Origin: Planctomycetaceae bacterium
GTDB lineage: Bacteria > Planctomycetota > Planctomycetia > Pirellulales > Pirellulaceae
Length of the DNA: 55,008 nt
Assembly: GCA_027487375.1 (NCBI GenBank)
Contig: JAIYDQ010000048.1
Location: 1 to 55,008, forward strand
Direction of reading: 5' to 3'
Shown: positions 35,662-44,662 of the stretch, piece by piece
Layout of the letters: each line of letters begins with the position of its first letter
Position numbering within the stretch: the first letter of the stretch is position 1
The notes under the pieces: model-generated
Databases searched by the model: none
Seen by the model: only the letters and a program-made list of their open reading frames with translations
What the model was told of the DNA's origin: nothing
Made by a program: the position numbers and the translations under genes

Positions 35662-37359
35662 CTAGGCGAATGCTTGAAGTCTTGTGTTTCCCATGCGGTT
35701 GCAGAAGTCGCCAAAACTTTCTTCTGGCTGCCGAAGGTCTCGGAATGCCGTGAAAATTGGTTTGAGTGTTGGGACGATCTGTTCCATCGGGACCAAGTCC
35801 TTATGAACAAAGGCCAATCGCGTGCCGATTCGAGTTCCACCAAGGAAAAGGGTGTATTTTCCCTTGGCTTTACCAACCAAACCGATGTCAGCGTTATAAG
35901 GTCTCGCACAACCATTGGGGCAACCGGTCATTCGAACGGTAAACTTTTCTTTCTCGAGGCCAAGTTTTTGGAGTTCAACTTCCATCTCGTCGATGACGCT
36001 TGGCAAGACGCGTTCGCTCTCGGTAATTGCAAGGCTGCAAGTTGGCAAGGCGACACACGCAATCGACCACCGTCGAACAGTCGAAATCTCTTCACTCAAA
36101 GGAAGCCCATAGCCCTTGATGAGCCTCTCAAGCTTTTGCTTGTCTTTTTCTTCGATGTTGCAAAACAGAATACTTTGGTGCGCGGTTAGCCGAATCTCTG
36201 GCTTGAGAATCGTGCAAATGTCACGAAGAGCCTTCTTCCACTGGCGATTCTCGTTGTCATACAAGCGACCGTTTTCGACATTGAAGCCGTAGAACCACTT
36301 GCCATCACCCTGTTGATCCCATCCGATATGATCGTTGTGCTCAGTAACATCATCGGAAGTACAATCCGCGAGCTTCTCACCCAAGTACTCTTCTACTTTG
36401 GAGCGGAACCACTCAATACCTCGTGATGCAACCAAATACTTTAAGCGACCAACTTTACGATCACCTCGATTACCAAAGTCACGCTGAACTTTCACAACGG
36501 CTTCACCGACGGCGACCGCTTGTTCGGGAGTACAAAACGCCATGCGGCGTGCAAGCATCGGAGCCGTCTTTTTAATCGCAGGAGTCGTACCCAACCCGCC
36601 GCCAACGGTGACGTTGTACCCGATGAGTTCGCCGTTACGAATCACAGCGATATATCCCAAGCAGTTTGTATAAACGTCAACGCAATTGTCATTAGGCAGA
36701 GCGATGGCCGTCTTGAATTTTCTTGGAAGATAAACCTTGCCATAGATTGGCTCAAAGAACTCGTCGCTACCACCAGCAAGAGTCTTCTCGCCCGTCTCGT
36801 CATCAGTCAGCCACAGTTCGTGATAAGCCTTCGATTTGGGTGCCAGGTGCATCGCCAAATCATATGCCAACTTTTGTACTTGAGGCCGAATTCCATCGTG
36901 ATACGGAGCTGGGCAAGCCATCACGTTTCGATTCACGTCACCGCATGCGGAGAGGGTGCTCTGCCCAACATCGTTGATGCGCCGAATACATTTCTTGAGG
37001 TCGGATTTAATAATCCCGTGAAGCTGGATCGCCTGTCGCGTTGTTACTTTGACGGTGCTGTTACCAATCTCATCGCAAAGATCCAGGTAAGCAAGAAGAT
37101 GATCGCTGGTCATGATTCCAGCTGGAATGCGGCAGCGGACCATGAACGAAAAGGACTTTTCGCTTTTTCCACCTTCGCTGCTTGTAACTCGCGTTTCACG
37201 GTCATCTTGCTGGTAGGTACCGTGGAACTTCAGCAACTGGATATCGGGTTTGCTAAAGTGGGTTGTGTCAGCTCGCAGTTCCGAGCCGATGGTACCTCGA
37301 AGGTAATTGCTGGCTTCTTTGATGATCTCGACTGGGCTTAGCTTCTCTTCGTCCGACAT
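35662..37359 (-). CDS. cysI: Assimilatory sulfite reductase hemoprotein (siroheme/4Fe-4S, CysI/Sir family)
   Basis: 565 aa. The N-terminus IKEASNYLRGTI...LLKFHGTYQQDDRE is CysI-like. Cluster cysteines are ACVALPTCSLA and MTGCPNGCARP. No cysJ is adjacent. Confidence 0.85.
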   Translation of the reverse strand: MSDEEKLSPVEIIKEASNYLRGTIGSELRADTTHFSKPDIQLLKFHGTYQQDDRETRVTSSEGGKSEKSFSFMVRCRIPAGIMTSDHLLAYLDLCDEIGNSTVKVTTRQAIQLHGIIKSDLKKCIRRINDVGQSTLSACGDVNRNVMACPAPYHDGIRPQVQKLAYDLAMHLAPKSKAYHELWLTDDETGEKTLAGGSDEFFEPIYGKVYLPRKFKTAIALPNDNCVDVYTNCLGYIAVIRNGELIGYNVTVGGGLGTTPAIKKTAPMLARRMAFCTPEQAVAVGEAVVKVQRDFGNRGDRKVGRLKYLVASRGIEWFRSKVEEYLGEKLADCTSDDVTEHNDHIGWDQQGDGKWFYGFNVENGRLYDNENRQWKKALRDICTILKPEIRLTAHQSILFCNIEEKDKQKLERLIKGYGLPLSEEISTVRRWSIACVALPTCSLAITESERVLPSVIDEMEVELQKLGLEKEKFTVRMTGCPNGCARPYNADIGLVGKAKGKYTLFLGGTRIGTRLAFVHKDLVPMEQIVPTLKPIFTAFRDLRQPEESFGDFCNRMGNTRLQAFA

Positions 37360-37701
37360 GTCTTTTTTCTTACAAGCGAGAGTGTTGAATGGAGTCTGGT
37401 GCGGAACGAACTTCGCAAATGCAGGAAAAGTGCTGGGCTGCGAAGATGAACCGACTACGTGTAATATAACGGCTTCCCGATTTTTGGACTATGTCACTAA
37501 CTGGGTTCGCAGACAATCGGTAACCGGGACCGACTGAAGGCGTTACAAGGCAAGCCGTACCGTAAGTCCTTGGGCAATATTAGCTTGGCGACATCGCGAA
37601 ACTGGGTACCGTGCGTTTCGCGGTGCATCATTTCACTAGTCCAGCGAGTCCCAAAATACGCTGATTTCCTTTATCCGAACGAAAGAACTTGAAAACCGAA
37701 C

Positions 37702-38589
37702 ATGACAGCTCGCATTCTGGATGGTAAATCGATCGCTATGACTATTCGCGGCGAAATTCAGCAAGCCGTGACTGCTTTTATTGCTGAATCGGGTGTCCAG
37801 CCTTGCTTAGCGGCGATCTTGGTCGGCGACGATCCAGGCAGCCAAGTTTACGTCCGCAACAAAGAAATCGCGTGCGAAAAAGCTGGCATGAAAAGTCGTT
37901 TGACGCGGCTCCCTGGCTCGACTTCTCAGTCTGATCTACTCGCGTTGATTGCCGAGTTAAACAAGGACCCTTCGGTGCACGGCATTCTTGTCCAGCTTCC
38001 ACTGCCGGATCAAATCGATACCCGAGTCATCTTGGATGCAGTTTCACCTTCCAAGGATGTCGATGCATTCGCTCCAGAAAATGTCGGATTGATTTCTCAA
38101 GGTCGACCTCGATTCCTTCCCTGCACTCCTCACGGTGTGATGCAAATTTTAGGTCGGTCAGGAATTGATGTTATTGGCAAGCACTGTGTCGTCGTCGGGC
38201 GAAGCGATATCGTGGGAAAGCCTATGGCGATGATGCTTGCTCAAAAATCAGGCCCGCTTGGCAAGTCGAACGCTAACGCGACGGTTACCTTGGTTCACTC
38301 GAATACTCCAGACATTGCCACGTGGACTCGCCAAGCGGACATTCTGATCGTCGCAATTGGTAAGCCGCGTTTCATAACGGCCGATATGGTCAGTCCGGGA
38401 ACGGTTGTTATCGACGTGGGAATCAATCGCGACGGTGACAAGATCGTTGGAGATGTTGACTATGAAGGTCTTCAAGAAGTAGCCTCAGCGATTACTCCGG
38501 TCCCAGGCGGTGTCGGTCCGTTGACAATCGCCATGCTCCTGGCGAACACGCTCGCAGCGGCAAAGCAATCCAAATCGACGTCACACTAA
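37702..38589 (+). CDS. folD: Bifunctional methylene-THF dehydrogenase / methenyl-THF cyclohydrolase
   Basis: Strings ILDGKSIA, LAAILVGDDPGSQVYVRNK, HGILVQLPLP, VVVGRSDIVGKPMA and PVPGGVGPLT are present. Confidence 0.95.
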   Translation: MTARILDGKSIAMTIRGEIQQAVTAFIAESGVQPCLAAILVGDDPGSQVYVRNKEIACEKAGMKSRLTRLPGSTSQSDLLALIAELNKDPSVHGILVQLPLPDQIDTRVILDAVSPSKDVDAFAPENVGLISQGRPRFLPCTPHGVMQILGRSGIDVIGKHCVVVGRSDIVGKPMAMMLAQKSGPLGKSNANATVTLVHSNTPDIATWTRQADILIVAIGKPRFITADMVSPGTVVIDVGINRDGDKIVGDVDYEGLQEVASAITPVPGGVGPLTIAMLLANTLAAAKQSKSTSH

Positions 38590-38599
38590 ATTTGGGTAG

Positions 38600-38674
38600 C
38601 TGAATTCGTAAGAATGCAGAAATCGAAGTAAACGACTTGGAAAGCAACGGTCTTCATATGTCTTACGACATCTG
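38600..38674. repeat. Composite GTAA-loop element (family C), inverted copy immediately 3' of folD
   Basis: CTGAATTC-GTAA-GAATGCAG (38600-38619) and CATATGTC-TTAC-GACATCTG (38655-38674). The reverse complement aligns with 20573-20646. Confidence 0.7.
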
Positions 38675-38824
38675 CGACGAGTTTGCATACGAAGCCCAGC
38701 AAAATCGGCTTGAACTGCTTAGCACGGCCGCGCGGACTCGTTAGACTCGAGTCCGATCAATCGAAGTCCGTCGATTCAAAACGACACCAGACGAATCCTC
38801 CCCACCCGCTTTCCGGAGCCACCC

Positions 38825-40348
38825 ATGCGAAGCTTCCTCTCCATTTTATGCCTGCTGTCTGTTGGCTGGTGCTCATCCACTCTGACCCAATGTGCTTGTG
38901 CAGCTGAGAGGCAGCCGAACGTTCTTTTCTTGATAGCTGATGACCTCAACAACATGCTCGGCTGTTACGGTGATCCCAAAGCAAAGACTCCGAACCTTGA
39001 TCGCTTGGCTGCTCGTGGAGTCCGCTTTGACAGATCGTACTGCGCGTTCCCGCTATGTGGGCCAAGCCGCAATTCGATTCTTACAGGGCTCTATCCAAAC
39101 AGCACGGGTATCAAGGCCAACTCACAGATTTTTCGGCAAACGATTCCAGATCAACTAAGCCTTCCGCAAGCATTTCGACTGTCAGGTTACTTTGCCGGGC
39201 GGATTGGTAAGCTCTATCACTACAACGTCCCAAATTCAATCGGCACCAACGGCCACGATGATCCAGGCTCGTGGGAGCTCGAATTGAACCCTGCTGGAGT
39301 GGATCGCATGGAGCACCATCCGGATATCTTTTCACTCACACCAAATCAGTTCGGTGGAACGCTCAGTTGGTTCGCATCACCCAAGAGTGATCAGTACCAC
39401 ACCGATGGACTTATGGCTTCCGATGCGCAGTGGGTACTTGAAAGATGCGCTAAGCAAAAGGAGCGTCCGTTCTTTCTCGCCGTTGGATTTTTTCGCCCAC
39501 ATACACCGTACGTTGCTCCGAAAGATCCATACTTTGGTTGGTATCCGGAAAGCGAAATGCGTGTCGTTCCCAACGTTGCCGAAGACCAAGCGGACATCCC
39601 TCCGGCTGGCCTTGGAAGCTATAAAAAAGAACAAGATAAACTAACCGATGATCTTCGTCGTCAGAGTCTTCAGGCGTACTACGCAAGCATCAGCTTCATG
39701 GATGCCCAAGTTGGTCGCATCATCGACAAACTTGACGAGTTGGGCCTCTCTGAAAACACGATCATCGTCTTCACAAGCGATCACGGTTACCACACTGGCG
39801 AACATGGTCTGTGGCAGAAGATGAGTCTCTTCGAAGAGAGCTCTCGCGTGCCAATGTTGATCGTCGCACCAGGAGTTGCATCAAAGGGGAGCGTTGCTAA
39901 ATCGCCGGTTTCTCAAGTCGACCTTTTCCCTACACTTGCAGAGCTATGCGGAGTCAAGGCTCCTACCAACCTTCAAGGTCAAAGCTTGGTACCAATCCTG
40001 AAAGACCCGAGCGTGGCAGGACGAGGATGGGCAATCACTCAAGTGACTCGCGGTAATGCAAATCCCCAAAAGCCGAATTCAAAAGCCAAGAGTTTCTTCG
40101 GTTACAGCCTACGCACTCCACGATGGCGATACACCGAATGGGACGAAGGCAAAGAAGGCCGCGAGCTCTATGATCACGACTCTGATCCATTGGAGCAAAC
40201 AAACCTCGCATCAAAACCCGAGCACGCCAAGACCGTTGCTGAGCTGTCAACGCAACTGCAAATCGCAGCCAAATCGACCTATCCAGCCTCAGGCAAATCC
40301 CCCGAGCTCAGTCAAAACCTATGGGCTCCGATCCTGAGCCAGCCTTAG
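38825..40348 (+). CDS. Secreted formylglycine-dependent sulfatase (iduronate-2-sulfatase-like)
   Basis: It has a signal peptide. Strings LFLIADDLN, the CxPSR motif PLCGPSRNSILTG, and FTSDHGYHTGEHG are present. Confidence 0.9.
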   Translation: MRSFLSILCLLSVGWCSSTLTQCACAAERQPNVLFLIADDLNNMLGCYGDPKAKTPNLDRLAARGVRFDRSYCAFPLCGPSRNSILTGLYPNSTGIKANSQIFRQTIPDQLSLPQAFRLSGYFAGRIGKLYHYNVPNSIGTNGHDDPGSWELELNPAGVDRMEHHPDIFSLTPNQFGGTLSWFASPKSDQYHTDGLMASDAQWVLERCAKQKERPFFLAVGFFRPHTPYVAPKDPYFGWYPESEMRVVPNVAEDQADIPPAGLGSYKKEQDKLTDDLRRQSLQAYYASISFMDAQVGRIIDKLDELGLSENTIIVFTSDHGYHTGEHGLWQKMSLFEESSRVPMLIVAPGVASKGSVAKSPVSQVDLFPTLAELCGVKAPTNLQGQSLVPILKDPSVAGRGWAITQVTRGNANPQKPNSKAKSFFGYSLRTPRWRYTEWDEGKEGRELYDHDSDPLEQTNLASKPEHAKTVAELSTQLQIAAKSTYPASGKSPELSQNLWAPILSQP

Positions 40349-40502
40349 ATCAAGAGCGGGCCGCACCTAGCCAATACTCGATCTTTTGACTTCGCGGCCT
40401 CGCTTGATTTCTTTTGACGTTTCAATCAAACTGCACCTCCGGCTTGGCTGTTCAGCAGGGGGTGTTTGGTTTTGTTTTGACCGGCGTTGAGGGGGGAAGA
40501 GA

Positions 40503-41081
40503 GTGCGTGACGGTTGGCTTGAGTCACTACGAGAAGAAAGCGACGAAGAATCTTTGCATCGCCTTTGGCAGGAGATTCGTCAGTATTTGCATTTTCTTGC
40601 GTCGAGAAGTTTAGATCGAAGTTTGGCCAGTAAAGTCGACGCGTCCGATATTGCGCAACATTCACTTCTCGAGATGCAGAACGACTTTCATCGCTTTAAA
40701 GGAACAACGAAAGAAGAACTCAAAGCTTGGCTAGAACGACTTGTTCTTCACAACGTTCGTGACAGCTCGCGAAAATACATCCAGTCGGAGAAGCGAAATG
40801 TCCGACGCGAAAAAGTTTTCAGTGACAGCGATCGTGACCCCCTTCCCACGAAATCGCCTTCCGCTAGTGAAGTGTATATCAAGCAGGAGTCGGATATAAA
40901 TCTGGCGATTGCATTGAACCGACTTCCGACTAGCATTCGACAATTAGTTGAACTGCGATTTCGACGTGGGCTTTCTGTATCACAAATTGCACTCTTGATG
41001 AACATTTCCGAGTACAAAGTCCGCAGCCAAGTTGATCAAGCCATCACGCTGTTACGACGAGAGTTAACCGATCTTGAGTGA
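40503..41081 (+). CDS. ECF-type RNA polymerase sigma factor (kinase-associated, ECF43-like)
   Basis: GTG start after a GGGGGGAAG purine run. Region 2 reads DASDIAQHSLLEMQNDFHRFKG...WLERLVLHNVRD. The region 4.2 HTH reads LPTSIRQLVELRFRRGLSVSQIALLMNISEYKVRSQ. No anti-sigma gene is adjacent. Confidence 0.85.
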   Translation: MRDGWLESLREESDEESLHRLWQEIRQYLHFLASRSLDRSLASKVDASDIAQHSLLEMQNDFHRFKGTTKEELKAWLERLVLHNVRDSSRKYIQSEKRNVRREKVFSDSDRDPLPTKSPSASEVYIKQESDINLAIALNRLPTSIRQLVELRFRRGLSVSQIALLMNISEYKVRSQVDQAITLLRRELTDLE

Positions 41082-42585
41082 AGATGAACGCAATGAAGAA
41101 ATTTCTACTTCCGAAGTTTCGTTTGATGATTCGAGCGGCTTGAGCGACTCCTCGATCCAACGCCAACTCCATCAGTTTTGGGGACGATCCAGCGATGCAT
41201 CTGACGAGGACAACAAGGCAAGCGATCGTTTCGGTCGCTATCAGCTTTACGAGGTGCTGGGATATGGTTCGTTTGGCGTTGTCTATCGCGGGATTGATGT
41301 CGAAACCAACGCAATCGTTGCGGTGAAACTGGCTCGGCCTGAAGTCTTGCTCGACACCGGGAAACGCGATCGCTTCGTTTCCGAGGCTACAGCGGCAGAG
41401 CGTTTGAGTCACCCATATATCGTCAGAGTAATCGACGCGGAACTTGAAGGGCCTATTCCTTACATCGTTTCCGAATATTGCGAGGGGCCTGACCTTGCGG
41501 CATGGATAAGCACTCGTGATGTCACTTCATTTTCGGTTGCGGTTACTCTTGATTTCATCAAAAAAATTGTTGAAGCAATCGGCTATGCGCATTCGGTAGG
41601 AATTGTTCACAGAGACATTAAGCCAAGTAATATCTTGGTTGCAAAACTGCCCACACAAGAGATTGTCGAGCAACCTTCTTTTGAAAACCTCATTCCAAGA
41701 CTTACCGACTTTGGTTTGGCAAAAGTTTACGACGGTCCGCTGCTCGATTCGCGGAGCAGCGTGGTGCTAGGCACACCGATGTATATGGCCCCTGAGCAGA
41801 TGCTCTCAAAGTGGGGCCCGGTGAGCCAACGAACCGACATCTTCGCAATCGGGATGTTGATTTTCGAGTTGCTCGAAGGTCGCCCCTTGAGGCAAAACAT
41901 TTCCTACGCAGACATTCTAGGTAGCTTGATCGGTGGCGGTGAACTTCGAATCCAATTCAATCGCACCGACATTTCTGCTGTGCTTAAAAGAGTCGTCGCA
42001 AAATGCTTAGCGATTGACCCAATCGATCGATATGCGTCGGCGTCAGAACTTCACAAAGCTCTGTCAGCTTGCATGGAAGGCAATACTTCTGAGGGGAAAT
42101 ACTCTAAGCTGATACGACAAGCAATCACTTGGGCTCGCAATCCTGATCGGCCAATCCAGATTTGCTACTATATTATTCCAATTAATATCGTGCTCTCTGT
42201 TTGGATGCTCGTTTGCTGCGTACTTGGGTATGTGATGCCACCAGGATTCAAAGTTTCAGATGTGATTCAATGCTTGGGGATCAGTTTTGGGCTCTCGGGT
42301 ACAATGATTTTCCTAAGTTACTTGAGAATCTGCGGGCATGTTTGGGCGACAATTGCTTTACTAGCCCTAACCATTGCCGGTATGGTTGTTGTGCCGATTT
42401 TGGCGATCTTGGATGTGATTCCTTCCTTCGAAACCGCGTACAAAGAGAACCGATACTTTGACTACGTAAACCATGGTCAAGTTCTACTACTTGGTATCAT
42501 GCAATGTGGTCTTTTGGGGGTTTCCTTAATTTGCGACGCCAGCCGGAAACGTCGAAACGTAGAGGCAGATTTACAGCGGTGGTAG
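41074..42585 (+). CDS. Membrane-anchored Hanks-type Ser/Thr protein kinase
   Basis: The TTG start overlaps the sigma gene by 8 nt, and there is no in-frame ATG before the kinase domain. Motifs GYGSFGVVYRG, VAVKLARP, HRDIKPSNILV, DFGLAK and GTPMYMAPE are present. About four C-terminal TM segments follow. Confidence 0.9.
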   Translation: MSEDERNEEISTSEVSFDDSSGLSDSSIQRQLHQFWGRSSDASDEDNKASDRFGRYQLYEVLGYGSFGVVYRGIDVETNAIVAVKLARPEVLLDTGKRDRFVSEATAAERLSHPYIVRVIDAELEGPIPYIVSEYCEGPDLAAWISTRDVTSFSVAVTLDFIKKIVEAIGYAHSVGIVHRDIKPSNILVAKLPTQEIVEQPSFENLIPRLTDFGLAKVYDGPLLDSRSSVVLGTPMYMAPEQMLSKWGPVSQRTDIFAIGMLIFELLEGRPLRQNISYADILGSLIGGGELRIQFNRTDISAVLKRVVAKCLAIDPIDRYASASELHKALSACMEGNTSEGKYSKLIRQAITWARNPDRPIQICYYIIPINIVLSVWMLVCCVLGYVMPPGFKVSDVIQCLGISFGLSGTMIFLSYLRICGHVWATIALLALTIAGMVVVPILAILDVIPSFETAYKENRYFDYVNHGQVLLLGIMQCGLLGVSLICDASRKRRNVEADLQRW

Positions 42586-42756
42586 TCACATTCACCACTT
42601 CTCTTGTCGAATCGCCAAGCTTCATAAAAAAACTGAAAATGAGGCTGCATACTAGATTTGTTAAGATATCCGACACACCCGCGTGATGAATCAAGCCTGC
42701 CAAAAGTGGATAGGAATCGCCAAGAAGATAGTTAATTGGCGATTTCAAAGATTTTT

Positions 42757-42777
42757 GAAGAATCTTGCAAGATTTTC
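42757..42777. other. Loop-less palindrome between convergent genes (possible bidirectional terminator or protein-binding site)
   Basis: AATCTTGCAAGATT is a perfect 14-bp palindrome (42761-42774). It is flanked by the similar units GATTTTTGAAGAATC and GATTTTCTCGAAGAATC. Confidence 0.3.
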
Positions 42778-42880
42778 TCGAAGAATCAGGACATCACTAC
42801 GCCTATTGGGGCAGTTCGATTAATCGCTTCTGCTGCCTGGACCGTTCGAAATTTCGCACGGCAAGTGTTTTCTCTATCAC

Positions 42881-44641
42881 CTACGCAGGAAGCGACCGTG
42901 GGCTTGTACCGAGGAATTTCTGTTTCGGCCATAGCCATAATGTCCAGCAAATGATTGCGATAACCCACCAAATCCAATCGCCGCATTGCTGCCACAGGCC
43001 ACCCCGGGAATCACGATAGGGTGTCGCTATAATCGAATCGGCCGTCAATCTTTTGGAGACGGCAATCTGACGTCCGGAACCATCTATCCAAGCGGACAGT
43101 CCCGTGTTCGCTGCAATCAACATCGGTCGACGATTTTCGACGCATGCGAAAGTCGCGCACGCAAGATGGTGATCTAAGATCGATGACCCGCGAAACCATC
43201 CGTCGTTGGTCAAGTTGATCATGATGCTCGGATCGTTCCCTTGAGCTATAGACTCAACGATCGAACGGCGATTCAAATGAGGCAACACATTTTCAAAGCA
43301 AATGGTTGGAGCTAATTGAACTCCGTCTCCCAGGTCAAACGTTTGGCACGACTCACCCGACGATGCAGGAGCCATCCCGATAATCGAATAGAAGATCGGA
43401 AACCAATCCCCCAGCGGGATGTACTCGCCAAACATCACCAAGTGGCGTTTCGCATAGTAGCCAGCTCGCTTTCCATCGCGGTCAATCCAAACAGCCGCGT
43501 TCAAGCGAGCCATCTGATCGCCTCGAACTCGAAGTAAATCGTTTCCAACAATGAGATGCGGCAGCTTCGAAACCTTTTGATCTGACTGATGCCCTTGCCC
43601 GAAACTTTTGTCGCTGTTGGCTGGTCGCTTGGGTGCAACTCCGCGTTGCGCTATTTCTACTTTCATGTTGAACTGTTCGAGTAAATCACGAGAAAGCGCC
43701 GCAAGCTGTTCCTTGTTCATACCGTTGGAAGCCCCTTGCCTAGCCCAAACCTCGGGTACTTCAAATCCGGGTTCCAAATCTAAAAGCGGATTATCAGCGG
43801 TGAATACCGACTCTGGCCAGATCACAAGATCGACGTTTGGATTGGCGAGCAAGGTCTTTGTGGTCAGTTCAAGATAGCTTTGCCAAGACCGCGCGTTTCG
43901 TTCCGGATTGGCTTCGAAGAGAGTCGGTGAGTTTTCTTGTATCAAAGCAACCGTCAGAAGCGGCTTTGCAGATGAATCTTGCTCATGTGGCGCGCGGACG
44001 CTTGAGATTCCATACGTGATCCAGGCTGCGACGCAGACGACAGGAAAAACGAATTCGTATAAGTTCGGTCGTGAAGCTTTCCCCCGAAATGCCGAAATGG
44101 CTTGAATTACTTGGTAGAGCAAGCCTCCTGCAATCACAATCATCGCGCTCACGCCATAGCCGCCAAGGTGTGCTGCTATCTGCATGAGTACCGGCTGGTG
44201 CACGACAGTATGCCCGAGCAGGCATGCCGAGAATCCAGTGATGAAGTATCCGCGAAACAATTCCCAAGCAACCCAAGCGCACGGAGCTGCAATTTGCCAA
44301 GGTATCTTCCAGCAATGAACCAGCTTTCGGCAAGTCCCAACCCAAAGAGGTACGTAAACTCCACAGTACAACCCCAGTGCGAGCCAGCCACCATAGAGCG
44401 GCCAGTACGCAAGTCGAATGCCTTGGAGAAGTGCTAACCAAAGCAATGAACTGCAGTACCAGAGCCATCGGTATTCTTTGGCGGACAGTTTTTCTTCTCG
44501 CAAGATTGTCGGCAGGAACAACGCGATGGACACAAATGCGAATGGCCAAATCGAAAGAGGCGGAAACGCGAACCAGAGAAGCAAACAAGCGAGCGCGATC
44601 TGGGCTCGGAAAGGCAAGGTGGCAATCAATGAAGTATTCAT
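42881..44641 (-). CDS. lnt: Apolipoprotein N-acyltransferase
   Basis: 586 aa with an N-terminal polytopic membrane domain. The nitrilase-type E-K-C triad context is LVIWPES, YAKRHLVMFGEYIP and PTICFEN. It has an extra acidic/basic insert of about 70 aa. Confidence 0.85.
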   Translation of the reverse strand: MNTSLIATLPFRAQIALACLLLWFAFPPLSIWPFAFVSIALFLPTILREEKLSAKEYRWLWYCSSLLWLALLQGIRLAYWPLYGGWLALGLYCGVYVPLWVGTCRKLVHCWKIPWQIAAPCAWVAWELFRGYFITGFSACLLGHTVVHQPVLMQIAAHLGGYGVSAMIVIAGGLLYQVIQAISAFRGKASRPNLYEFVFPVVCVAAWITYGISSVRAPHEQDSSAKPLLTVALIQENSPTLFEANPERNARSWQSYLELTTKTLLANPNVDLVIWPESVFTADNPLLDLEPGFEVPEVWARQGASNGMNKEQLAALSRDLLEQFNMKVEIAQRGVAPKRPANSDKSFGQGHQSDQKVSKLPHLIVGNDLLRVRGDQMARLNAAVWIDRDGKRAGYYAKRHLVMFGEYIPLGDWFPIFYSIIGMAPASSGESCQTFDLGDGVQLAPTICFENVLPHLNRRSIVESIAQGNDPSIMINLTNDGWFRGSSILDHHLACATFACVENRRPMLIAANTGLSAWIDGSGRQIAVSKRLTADSIIATPYRDSRGGLWQQCGDWIWWVIAIICWTLWLWPKQKFLGTSPRSLPA

Positions 44642-44662
44642 CCGTGAAACAGTTTCAAAAAA

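Noticed and set aside
36520-37341. 273-aa plus-strand ORF, the longest unexplained ORF in the track
   Set aside because: It lies wholly inside, and antisense to, the well-supported sulfite reductase gene. It has no recognisable motifs, and such shadow ORFs are typical in moderately GC-rich coding DNA. The same reasoning applies to 8531..9133, 34544..35065, 35674..36189 and 43983..44588.
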